Shown in pieces: positions 6,296 to 12,913 of a stretch of DNA of 17,604 nt. Under the pieces are notes generated by a model. That model was not told where the DNA came from, did no database searches, and saw only the letters and a program-made list of their open reading frames with translations. The translations under genes and the position numbers were made by a program. The stretch's first letter is position 1. Every line of letters begins with the position of its first letter. The DNA is from a virus: the IMG/VR virus record IMGVR_UViG_3300021400_000219, positions 121,970 through 139,573 of that record, one strand, 5' to 3'.

Positions 6296-6504
6296 TGTAT
6301 CACTTTCCTTTCTTCAAGTTCACAATCTTCACGAGTCATTAGATAATCAAACTCTTTCAAGCACTCATAGTTTCCCGCAAGCGCATACTCTACAATATCT
6401 CTTGCAGTAGTCCAAGCAATGTAGTTTTCAGCATCGCAATGGTCAATCCTTGCATCAAAGATGTGGCGCAGGGTATCCACAATTTCAGACGAGATAATAT
6501 ACAC
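6292..6504 (-). CDS. hypothetical protein (70 aa, GTG start)
   Basis: ORF track; GTG 6504 lies 6 nt after GGAAGGTGA, and an in-frame TGA lies just upstream. Confidence 0.75.
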   Translation of the reverse strand: MYIISSEIVDTLRHIFDARIDHCDAENYIAWTTARDIVEYALAGNYECLKEFDYLMTREDCELEERKVIQ

Positions 6505-6553
6505 AATGTATCACCTTCCTATTGGATTTGTTTCCTTCCCTTGGAACAACTAT

Positions 6554-6582
6554 AGTATAGCACAGCAGAGGGTCTTTGTCAA
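6554..6582 (-). promoter_or_regulatory. sigma-A/70-type promoter, class A
   Basis: Minus TTGACA-N17-TATACT (TGC-extended). Confidence 0.75.
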
Positions 6583-6647
6583 TACTAAATTGAAAAAAAT
6601 TTGATGGAATTTTTGGAAATGTTTTCCAGTGCCCGGGTGATGGTGAC

Positions 6648-6827
6648 TTAGTCACCATCCCTTTCTTCAAATTCACATACAGGACAAATAAAATCTCTAA
6701 AGTCTTCCTCTTCCCAATCAGATTCATAGATAGGCTCGCCGCACTCGGGACAATTATAAAATCGTTCATCCCAATTTACGAAACCGCCGAATACATTTTC
6801 AACAATCTTTGCATTCAGTTCCCACAT
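6648..6827 (-). CDS. small acidic zinc-ribbon protein (59 aa)
   Basis: True start MWELNAK at 6827 after AAGGAGG. CPEC...CPVC gives two CxxC pairs. The stop is in the loop of GATGGTGAC/GTCACCATC. Confidence 0.8.
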   Translation of the reverse strand: MWELNAKIVENVFGGFVNWDERFYNCPECGEPIYESDWEEEDFRDFICPVCEFEERDGD

Positions 6828-6840
6828 GGAATTTACCTCC

Positions 6841-6945
6841 TTACCAACCAAAAATCCGAGAGAGTATAACAAGTATTGCATCAAATACAGCTCCAATACC
6901 AATGGCACCCATAATCATCCAAAATAAAACATCCATGTCTTTCAT
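6841..6945 (-). CDS. 34-aa hydrophobic micro-protein (single TM)
   Basis: Below the track cut-off; GAGGGAGG SD. Sequence MKDMDVLFWMIMGAIGIGAVFDAILVILSRIFGW; first gene after promoter 6975-7002. Confidence 0.55.
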   Translation of the reverse strand: MKDMDVLFWMIMGAIGIGAVFDAILVILSRIFGW

Positions 6946-6974
6946 GTTATTACCTCCCTCATTTCTGTAATTAT

Positions 6975-7002
6975 AGTATACCACAAATTATCCAAAAGTC
7001 AA
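6975..7002 (-). promoter_or_regulatory. sigma-A/70-type promoter, class B
   Basis: Minus TTGACT-N16-TATACT (TGG-extended); GTTACAATTTGGTTACA at 7003-7019. Confidence 0.65.
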
Positions 7003-7041
7003 GTTACAATTTGGTTACAAACACCCGGGCGCGAAGGTGAC

Positions 7042-7281
7042 TTAGTCACCCTCATTCGTCTTCATTGGAAACAGGTCGTCCAGATTGGTAACACCTGGAA
7101 TAAATTCAGTAATAAAAGAAAAAGGTCTTGCTTCTGCCAATTCTACGTTGTCAATGTCCCACACATCATCAAAGGCTTCTTCGCACGGCGGGCGTAATCC
7201 CTTCCAAAATTTGGTTTCTGCTTCCTCTGCGGTTTCCGCTTCAATCATGCAATAACCAGAAAAATCAATGTACCATTTCAT
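7042..7281 (-). CDS. small strongly acidic protein (79 aa)
   Basis: ORF track; AAAGGAG SD. 19 D/E versus 6 K/R by count. The stop is in the GGTGAC-TTA-GTCACC hairpin. Confidence 0.85.
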   Translation of the reverse strand: MKWYIDFSGYCMIEAETAEEAETKFWKGLRPPCEEAFDDVWDIDNVELAEARPFSFITEFIPGVTNLDDLFPMKTNEGD

Positions 7282-7321
7282 TAGATGATACTCCTTTCAT
7301 TTCTTTTCTTAGGTTGAGTAT

Positions 7322-7350
7322 AGTATAACACTTCACAGGGCATTTGTCAA
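7322..7350 (-). promoter_or_regulatory. sigma-A/70-type promoter, class A
   Basis: Minus TTGACA-N17-TATACT (TGT-extended). Confidence 0.75.
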
Positions 7351-7439
7351 TAGAAAATTGAAAAAAATTTAATGGAATTTATTCCCATTTACCCGGGCGC
7401 GTTAGCTGCTGCTAACTCTGGAAGAAAAAGGAAGGGGGA

Positions 7440-7805
7440 TTACTCCCCCTTCACCTGGAAGCGGCTGACCCGCTTCTCCACAACCTTCTCCACGGTTCCA
7501 GCTTCTACCAGCTGGCGCAGAAGGGCGGAAGCCTGCTGGCTGGAAGAGAGTTCCAGTTCGGCGGCTACTTCCTTCGCCTGCATAGGCTCGTGGTCAGTCA
7601 GCAGTTCAACGATGCGGGCCTTGATACCCTCGTTTTCAATCTGCTTCTTGGTGGGCTTGCGCTCGCCCTTGGACTTGGAAGCGTTCCGCTTCTCATAGCT
7701 GGCCTTGCAAGCAACCAGCTTTTCCATGGCTTCCTCGTTGAAGTCAGCGGGCAGGGAAGCAATAGCCATTTCCAGAGCCTTCACATAAGTCATCTTGTTA
7801 GTCAT
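7440..7805 (-). CDS. winged-helix-like small DNA-binding protein, paralog family 1 (subtype a)
   Basis: True start MTNKMTYVKAL at 7805. Collinear with 1714..2082 (EKLxACKASYxKRN..KGERKP.KKQ.ENEG..., ...ASALLRQ.VEAGTVEKV.EKR). The stop is in the GUAA loop of AAGGGGGA/TCCCCCTT. Confidence 0.9.
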   Translation of the reverse strand: MTNKMTYVKALEMAIASLPADFNEEAMEKLVACKASYEKRNASKSKGERKPTKKQIENEGIKARIVELLTDHEPMQAKEVAAELELSSSQQASALLRQLVEAGTVEKVVEKRVSRFQVKGE

Positions 7806-7879
7806 AGTATGCACTACCTTTCTCTGTTTTAACGAGTTCAGCTCTCAATCTGTTTTGTTCTTTCCCTTACTGTGGCTTT

Positions 7880-7908
7880 ATTATACCACAGGTTCAGGGG
7901 TTTGTCAA
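7880..7908 (-). promoter_or_regulatory. sigma-A/70-type promoter (gene-proximal tandem)
   Basis: Minus TTGACA-N17-TATAAT (TGG-extended). Confidence 0.75.
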
Positions 7909-8018
7909 GAGTTTTTTTGAATTTCTCTTGATTTTTTTGGAGCCATTTTTTAGGTGGGCTACTTCCAACACCCGACTGTTGGCGGTTTTTTAGGTGCGCT
8001 CCCTCACCCGACATCATT

Positions 8019-8047
8019 ATATTACCACAGGTTGCTCCATTTGTCAA
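8019..8047 (-). promoter_or_regulatory. sigma-A/70-type promoter, class A (distal tandem)
   Basis: Minus TTGACA-N17-TAATAT (TGG-extended). Followed by two ~37-nt tandem units GTCGGGTG..CACCTAAAAAA (about 7925-8010). Confidence 0.6.
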
Positions 8048-8117
8048 GGGTTTTTTCAAAAGTTTTTTCTGGAATTTCTACCAAGATTTTCCAGCGACCC
8101 GGGCGAGTTAGCGGGGG

Positions 8118-8495
8118 TTAACCCCGCTTGTACTCTTTAGTGCCCATAGAGTAAGGAATGTTGTACATCTCACAAGCTTCAATGGCGTACCCGATTGCCA
8201 GATTTGCCATTTCCTGGGCTTGCTCATACTTTCTGTTAGGGGTAATCTTGTAAAGAAAATGGTCATTCTGAACCTGTTCAAACAAGTAGGACATTTTCAG
8301 TCGTGCATGAGCTTCGACGGCAAGCCGCTCAGATTTGGTAGCTTTTGGCATTTTAATCCATGCTAAACACTGAAAATGTTCATTCTGTCTGATGCTGGAA
8401 AGACGCTGTGCTGGGGTGTCTTTGCCAGTTTCACCCAGCTTGAAAACACCATTCTTACGGCAGAAATAATTAAAACCAGTATAAAAGCAAGCCAT
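8118..8495 (-). CDS. T5orf172 / GIY-YIG-superfamily-like domain protein (125 aa)
   Basis: ORF track. GVFKLGETGKDTPAQRLSSI plus ERLAVEAHARLK fits the KIG-T...R...L / E..LH pattern of T5orf172 (MUG113) domains as I remember it; not verified by search. Confidence 0.8.
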   Translation of the reverse strand: MACFYTGFNYFCRKNGVFKLGETGKDTPAQRLSSIRQNEHFQCLAWIKMPKATKSERLAVEAHARLKMSYLFEQVQNDHFLYKITPNRKYEQAQEMANLAIGYAIEACEMYNIPYSMGTKEYKRG

Positions 8496-8559
8496 TATTC
8501 ATTCTCCATTCATTTTTTATTGATTGGGGTTTACCTTCGTTCCCCTCAACCTTGATTAT

Positions 8560-8588
8560 AGTATAGCAGATAGGAATGGATTTGTCAA
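8560..8588 (-). promoter_or_regulatory. sigma-A/70-type promoter, class A
   Basis: Minus TTGACA-N17-TATACT (TGC-extended). Confidence 0.75.
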
Positions 8589-8649
8589 TACCTTTTTTCA
8601 AATTTTTTAATGGAATTTTTTTCCAGTTGCCCGGGCGCAGGAGTTAGCA

Positions 8650-8955
8650 TTAGCTAACTCCATTTTCTTCCAGACAAAATTCAAAACTCAAATCTTTTAC
8701 CACTTTTTGGGAAATGTATTCACGCACAAGGAAAAGCTCTAAATCTCTAGCCTGCTCCTCTACATAGCTACGGCGCAAATCGCGCACAGTGGAAAGATTT
8801 ACCATCGGGTATTCCATAGGATAACCACGCGCAACCACAATTACATTGTAAAGATTTTCCACGGGGTTCACCCTCATTCTCTTTTTCTTCTGGAATTTAT
8901 TGGTTTTATTGCGTTCAACTTTCGTTCTAAATTCTTTCATTTTTGCCTTGCTCAT
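8650..8955 (-). CDS. hypothetical protein (101 aa)
   Basis: Start MSKAKMKEF at 8955 overlaps the upstream stop as ATGA. The stop lies in the loop of the GGAGTTAGC-N4-GCTAACTCC hairpin (8640-8661). Confidence 0.8.
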   Translation of the reverse strand: MSKAKMKEFRTKVERNKTNKFQKKKRMRVNPVENLYNVIVVARGYPMEYPMVNLSTVRDLRRSYVEEQARDLELFLVREYISQKVVKDLSFEFCLEENGVS

Positions 8956-9119
8956 GAGAACACACCCCCAAAATGAAGCACCCAAAATAAACAACAAACC
9001 CCACTCATTGCCATTTCAATATACAAAACAGGGCGGTAATTATCCTCGGCAGTATCCAGCTCTTTCCAGCTCCAAAGGAAAATCACCATTAGCACAATCG
9101 CAATAATCAAATCTTTCAT
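8952..9119 (-). CDS. small membrane protein (55 aa, two hydrophobic segments)
   Basis: True start MKDLIIAIVLMVIFLW at 9119 after AGGAGG SD. Confidence 0.7.
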   Translation of the reverse strand: MKDLIIAIVLMVIFLWSWKELDTAEDNYRPVLYIEMAMSGVCCLFWVLHFGGVFS

Positions 9120-9151
9120 TTTAATTACCTCCTGGTTCATTTCTTGAGTAT

Positions 9152-9180
9152 AGTATAACAGATGGGAGAGGATTTGTCAA
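9152..9180 (-). promoter_or_regulatory. sigma-A/70-type promoter, class A
   Basis: Minus TTGACA-N17-TATACT (TGT-extended). Confidence 0.75.
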
Positions 9181-9261
9181 TACCTTTTTTAGAAAAATTT
9201 ACTGGAAATGTTTTCCAAGTGCCCGGGCGGCGCTTTAGCGCACTGAAGCGCTAAAGCATCC

Positions 9262-9615
9262 TCACTTTCTGGGGGCTGATAATACTACTTTGTATTTAGT
9301 ATTTTCAAACGTAAAAATAAACTCTCTTTCTACGTTGGTTATTTCTAACGCTTCCCCGCCATTTTCATTTATTGCGGTTGTGAGAATATCCATTATTGCG
9401 CGTTTTGCGTTGTTTGCTTTACGTTCCTTTTTGGGGAATTTATAAGCGGATACTTTGCGGTCAGCTTGACGCATTTTTTTTGCTACTTTCTGTTGTTCAG
9501 AATTTAACTCAAAAAGTTTTGCCCCGTGGTCTATTGCATCATCATCAGCTAATACTTGTTTAGCTTCTTCCTCTGTCAAATCTAATACCTGCATTAAATG
9601 TTCGATTCTCTCCAT
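9262..9615 (-). CDS. hypothetical basic protein, paralog family 2
   Basis: 117-aa ORF; ATG 9615. No promoter between it and 9645..10019, so it is operonic. Confidence 0.85.
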   Translation of the reverse strand: MERIEHLMQVLDLTEEEAKQVLADDDAIDHGAKLFELNSEQQKVAKKMRQADRKVSAYKFPKKERKANNAKRAIMDILTTAINENGGEALEITNVEREFIFTFENTKYKVVLSAPRK

Positions 9616-9644
9616 TTTTATTTACCCCCTTTTTGGGGAGGGGG

Positions 9645-10019
9645 TTAAACCCCCTCACCCATGGCCTTGAAATAAGTAATGCGCTTATCTACGTACTTAT
9701 CTACCATTCCGTTCAGGTAGAGCGTCCGCAGAAGTCCGCTCACCCTCTGGGAAGTCGCATCGTTCAGAGCGGGAACACCTGCGCAGATTTCAGAGATACG
9801 GAAACCTCTGTCCACATCTTCCCGCAGGAAATCCAGAATTTCCGCACGGACGGCGTCGTTCTCTGCCTGCTTTGCGCTAGGCTTGCGGGGAGCGGTGTTC
9901 TTCTTAATGGCCTGTTCCTTCATCTTCTCCAGCTTTTCCACAACATCCGTCATGTCAGCGGGAACGTAGGACAGAGCAACTTCCAGAGCCTTAACAGTAG
10001 TCATCTTATTGGTAGCCAT
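9645..10019 (-). CDS. winged-helix-like small DNA-binding protein, paralog family 1 (subtype b)
   Basis: True start MATNKMTTVKAL at 10019. The stop is in the palindrome GGGGGTT-T-AACCCCC. Confidence 0.9.
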   Translation of the reverse strand: MATNKMTTVKALEVALSYVPADMTDVVEKLEKMKEQAIKKNTAPRKPSAKQAENDAVRAEILDFLREDVDRGFRISEICAGVPALNDATSQRVSGLLRTLYLNGMVDKYVDKRITYFKAMGEGV

Positions 10020-10073
10020 AGTATCACTCACTTTCTCTGTTTGTGGGGTTTATCAGCTCCCCTTGATGTATTA

Positions 10074-10102
10074 AGTATAGCACAGGTTGAAGGGTTTGTC
10101 AA
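10074..10102 (-). promoter_or_regulatory. sigma-A/70-type promoter (gene-proximal tandem)
   Basis: Minus TTGACA-N17-TATACT (TGC-extended). Confidence 0.75.
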
Positions 10103-10224
10103 GAGTTTTTTGCAGTTTTTCTGATTTTTTTTGTGAGAACCACGAATGGAAAAAACTCTCAAAAAATTATCGTTTGAAACTCTGTCCCTAGGGCTTTGGG
10201 GCCCCTTGCCCTTTGGACAAGTAT

Positions 10225-10253
10225 AATATAACACATTGGGGCGCGTTTGTCAA
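10225..10253 (-). promoter_or_regulatory. sigma-A/70-type promoter, class C (distal tandem)
   Basis: Minus TTGACA-N17-TATATT (TGT-extended); TTGCACAA and GTGCATTTTGACGG motifs at 10286-10335. Confidence 0.6.
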
Positions 10254-10414
10254 TACTGATTTGAAAATTTGGGGGCATTCTCTGTTTTGCACAATTTTGA
10301 TGCAAAAATTGCGTCATTTTTGTGCATTTTGACGGCGCGCCCGGGTGAACTACCAATTTCAGGAAAAGCTGGGGTCAAGAGAGAACAAGGAAATTCATTG
10401 AAAAATTTGGTAAC

Positions 10415-10475
10415 GATTTCCAGCGCGCGACACCGGAACCCCTGGGCCGTGTGCGTGTGCGACGGGTGCACGCAG
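10415..10475. other. GC-rich island, copy D (no clear promoter)
   Basis: CAGCGCGCGACACCGG...CCGTGTGCGTGTGCGACGGGTGCACGC; 14-nt alternating purine-pyrimidine run at 10448-10461. Confidence 0.5.
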
Positions 10476-10644
10476 TATTTATTTATACAAGCGGAACTAA
10501 TAGAAAAATCAATTTAAAATATTTATACATATTTATTTATTATTAAGGGTACCGGCGCAATTCTCAAATCAAAAACCTTCCAGGTCTATTTACTTCTGGA
10601 AAATGAAATAAAAATAGGGGCTGATTTATTTTCAAAAATGAGAT

Positions 10645-10735
10645 GAAAAAACGAGAGTATTTCTTTCGTAGATTCAAAGGAAACAATTTCGTTTTTCAAT
10701 CCAAAAATCATAAGGAAACACTCTCGTTTTTCAAT
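10645..10735. repeat. direct and inverted repeats 3' of the Lys-rich ORF
   Basis: GAAAAAACGAGAGT (about 10645-10658) is inverted relative to ACTCTCGTTTTTC (about 10720-10733). Direct repeats AAGGAAACA..TCGTTTTTCAAT occur twice (about 10677-10700 and 10712-10735). Confidence 0.6.
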
Positions 10736-10888
10736 TCAGAAATCTTCAATTTTTTTATTTTTTTCTTTGGCTCGATTATACTCTGAACCTTTGCCCTTTT
10801 TATTAGCTATTCTTTTGGACCTTTTCCGCAGAGTATTTAAACCATCACCATCAGTCTTTTTAATTTCTTTAACGGTTTTTTCATCCAT
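10736..10888 (-). CDS. small Lys-rich protein (50 aa)
   Basis: Below the track cut-off. ATG 10888 lies 3 nt after the HAD-gene stop, with GGGAGG 10 nt upstream. Sequence MDEKTVKEIKKTDGDGLNTLRKRSKRIANKKGKGSEYNRAKEKNKKIEDF. Confidence 0.5.
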   Translation of the reverse strand: MDEKTVKEIKKTDGDGLNTLRKRSKRIANKKGKGSEYNRAKEKNKKIEDF

Positions 10889-10891
10889 TTA

Positions 10892-11341
10892 TTAAAGACC
10901 TCCCAGAACTTCAAGAATATTATTTACATCATAGGCATTTCCGCCTGCATTATTCCATTCAATTCTATTTCTTTCTTCATCATCAAACAGGATGCCGATT
11001 TCATTTACTACGGTACTTTTGGGGGTGCCATAGGAAACAATTTTCACATCATCAAAATGGACGCTTGCCAGATGTTTTTTTAACCACATCTTTTTTGCTT
11101 CTGTTACAACCTTGTTGTAATCGGGGTTATCTTCCTTAGAGAGCCAAGAGACAACACCAATTTTCCATCCAAGGGCCTGTAACTTGTTCAGCTTGTGGGC
11201 CAGCGCAGAAAGCCGAATCAGGGGTTTTGCGATTTCATAGGGAAGGGGATTTCTCTCAATTAGATAGGAGAGCCAATTTTCCACGCCATACAGATCGGCA
11301 ATAGTCCCATCCATGTCGAAATAAATAGCCTTGTTCATCAT
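10892..11341 (-). CDS. HAD-superfamily hydrolase, 5'(3')-deoxyribonucleotidase (NT5C)-like, paralog 1
   Basis: True start MMNKAIYFDMDGT at 11341 (or 11338). DMDGT is HAD motif I (DxDxT). Roughly 60% identical by eye to 15023..15487. Confidence 0.85.
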   Translation of the reverse strand: MMNKAIYFDMDGTIADLYGVENWLSYLIERNPLPYEIAKPLIRLSALAHKLNKLQALGWKIGVVSWLSKEDNPDYNKVVTEAKKMWLKKHLASVHFDDVKIVSYGTPKSTVVNEIGILFDDEERNRIEWNNAGGNAYDVNNILEVLGGL

Positions 11342-11389
11342 TCTGACCAACCCTTTCTTTAAAAGGTTTTTTATCTTTTCTGTATTATT

Positions 11390-11418
11390 ATAATACCAAA
11401 TTTTTTTATAAAAGTCAA
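11390..11418 (-). promoter_or_regulatory. sigma-A/70-type promoter, class C
   Basis: Minus TTGACT-N17-TATTAT (TGG-extended); perfect palindrome TTTGTGCAA-T-TTGCACAAA at 11442-11460. Confidence 0.65.
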
Positions 11419-11441
11419 TAGGGAATCGCAAATTTTAGAAG

Positions 11442-11460
11442 TTTGTGCAATTTGCACAAA
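11442..11460. promoter_or_regulatory. 19-bp perfect palindrome, operator candidate
   Basis: TTTGTGCAATTTGCACAAA, read directly. Confidence 0.6.
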
Positions 11461-11485
11461 AGCGCCCGGGCGAGTTACCCTGTGC

Positions 11486-11725
11486 TTACAAGGTAACTTT
11501 GCACTGTCTAAAATCATGCCACAGATGGGGCTGAGTCAGCGGAGACCGCAGGGAATAAGCTTGGTATTGCAAGAAAGATAAAATGCGGATTTCTGTTATT
11601 GTAGTTTCATCATCTAAATCAAACTTTTTATTTATTACAGAGCCGTGCAATCTGCCAGGGGTTTTTGCAAAAACTTTAGTAGTAAAACCAAACGGGTCCA
11701 TAATCTTAATCTCATAATAATTCAT
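11486..11725 (-). CDS. hypothetical protein (79 aa)
   Basis: True start MNYYEIKIMDPFG at 11725 after AAAGGAGAA SD. The stop is in the loop of AGTTACC/GGTAACT. Confidence 0.8.
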   Translation of the reverse strand: MNYYEIKIMDPFGFTTKVFAKTPGRLHGSVINKKFDLDDETTITEIRILSFLQYQAYSLRSPLTQPHLWHDFRQCKVTL

Positions 11726-11765
11726 TTTTTTATTCTCCTTTCTTTTGGCGTATTCTTTCGGGGTT

Positions 11766-11927
11766 TTATCCCCGAAAGATAACATTTCCAGAGAGGTTAT
11801 TTACAAGCTTGACAGGCTCGTTTTTAACCATGGCCAGGGTTTCGGCCAGAATCTTAATGGCCCGCAGGTCATTCATAGAGGAAACGGGGGTCTTGCCCAC
11901 GTAGATGGTAAACAGAGTGATATTCAT
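11766..11927 (-). CDS. hypothetical protein (53 aa)
   Basis: True start MNITLFTIYVGK at 11927 after AAGGAGG. The stop is in the loop of CTTTCGGGG/CCCCGAAAG (11755-11778). Confidence 0.7.
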   Translation of the reverse strand: MNITLFTIYVGKTPVSSMNDLRAIKILAETLAMVKNEPVKLVNNLSGNVIFRG

Positions 11928-11959
11928 TGAAGTTACCTCCTTATTCATTTCGTACCCTT

Positions 11960-11988
11960 ATTATAAGCGATGTTTTGCGATTTGTCAA
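11960..11988 (-). promoter_or_regulatory. sigma-A/70-type promoter, class A
   Basis: Minus TTGACA-N17-TATAAT. Confidence 0.7.
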
Positions 11989-12046
11989 GGGGTTTATGCG
12001 ATTTTTCTTCTGGAATTTTTTGGTTATGGCGCCCGGGTGGCTGGCC

Positions 12047-12490
12047 TTACCCGATATGGGCGGCCAGCCAAGCCAGCATCTTTTTGCTTTCTTTAGCGCA
12101 CCGGATTTTCATCCCGCCGCCGTTCTTCTGGCTTTCCCGCTCGGTCTTGCAGAACTCGGTGCAGAAGGCGGTGAACTCGTCCCGGTTCATCATATAGACC
12201 TGATAATCGGCGGTAACGTAGGCCCAGAGGTTGCTGTGGGTGCGCTCCATATAGAGGGCCCAGATTTCATCATAAGTTTCCCGGCCTTCGCACAGGGTGG
12301 CGCTCATAAGGGTGAAGGCAGAAGCCTTGACGGAGATGAGCATTTCACCAAGCTCGATATCAGAGCCTTTGTCATATGCACCGCTATCATGGGTGGTGCG
12401 GTCGATGCCCATATAGTGGCACAGATCGTGCTCACGGGCAATGCCCTTATTAGTAGCGGGGGAAACGTGGTCAATCTTGAAGGTCTTCAT
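12047..12490 (-). CDS. hypothetical protein (147 aa), noticeably GC-richer than its neighbours
   Basis: True start MKTFKIDHV at 12490 after AAGGAAAGGGAG. GSDIELGEMLISVKAS weakly recalls a PD-(D/E)xK nuclease core; that part is low confidence. Confidence 0.85.
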   Translation of the reverse strand: MKTFKIDHVSPATNKGIAREHDLCHYMGIDRTTHDSGAYDKGSDIELGEMLISVKASAFTLMSATLCEGRETYDEIWALYMERTHSNLWAYVTADYQVYMMNRDEFTAFCTEFCKTERESQKNGGGMKIRCAKESKKMLAWLAAHIG

Positions 12491-12521
12491 CTGAAGCACT
12501 CCCTTTCCTTAGGATGGTTAT

Positions 12522-12550
12522 AGTATAGCACCATTCCCCGGGATAGTCAA
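12522..12550 (-). promoter_or_regulatory. sigma-A/70-type promoter, class C
   Basis: Minus TTGACT-N17-TATACT (TGC-extended); CCCCGGG lies in the spacer. Confidence 0.7.
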
Positions 12551-12614
12551 TACAAAATCGCAAATTTCCCCTTGTGCAAATTATACAAATGTTGGAGCGG
12601 ATTTTTGGGGGCTG

Positions 12615-12631
12615 TTGTGCAAGTTGCACAA
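12615..12631. promoter_or_regulatory. 17-bp perfect palindrome, operator candidate
   Basis: TTGTGCAA-G-TTGCACAA, read directly. Confidence 0.6.
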
Positions 12632-12669
12632 TTAGTGTAACCTGGGTCACATTAAAAGTAACAAAAGAG

Positions 12670-12697
12670 TTACAATCTCTAACAATCAATTACAATC
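12670..12697. repeat. three 10-bp-phased TWACAATC repeats (iteron-like)
   Basis: TTACAATC 12670-12677, TAACAATC 12680-12687, TTACAATC 12690-12697. The core is shared with the class B GGTTACAAT motif. Confidence 0.7.
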
Positions 12698-12727
12698 TTT
12701 TTTTTACTTTCAAAACACTTTTTTTAA

Positions 12728-12910
12728 GTTAGCAGTTAGCAAAGGGTAATGCTAGTTAGCACAAGCTAATTGTTGTTAGTTCGAACTAACTCCGGTTAGC
12801 AGGGACTAACTGGAGTTAGCCTAGGCTAACTTTAGCACACTAAAGCTGTAGCGATTTAGCGAACTAAAGTGCGCCGGACCTGGCAATTTGAACAATTAGC
12901 GGCTGCTAAC
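12728..12910. repeat. tandem array of 8 TTAG(C)-loop-(G)CTAA mini-palindromes
   Basis: Hairpins or palindromes at 12737-12754, 12755-12769, 12775-12790 (GTTAGTTCGAACTAAC), 12795-12810, 12814-12831 (AGTTAGCCTAGGCTAACT), 12830-12845, 12855-12868 and 12896-12909. Confidence 0.85.
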
Positions 12911-12913
12911 TTT

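Noticed and set aside
7838-8059. Track ORFs lying wholly in intergenic modules (7838..8059, 919..1116, 10028..10234, 10159..10356, 10250..10471, 12471..12689, 12856..13181, 14753..14944, 6485..6769)
   Set aside because: They are composed of promoter, UP-element or hairpin sequence, have no SD, and overlap conserved regulatory repeats.
11927-12523. 198-aa plus-strand ORF, and similar plus-strand ORFs at 9633..10124, 3870..4319, 4424..4837, 7372..7698, 1742..1972, 14885..15286 and 2982..3302
   Set aside because: Each is the antisense shadow of a well-supported minus-strand gene that has an SD, a promoter and paralogs. None has its own SD or promoter.
12728-12910. tRNA or other canonical RNA genes in the hairpin-rich or GC-rich stretches (12728-12910, 13166-13463, 920-1240)
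   Set aside because: I could not find a cloverleaf with acceptor stem, T-loop GTTCRANNC or anticodon arm geometry. There is no rRNA-like sequence either.
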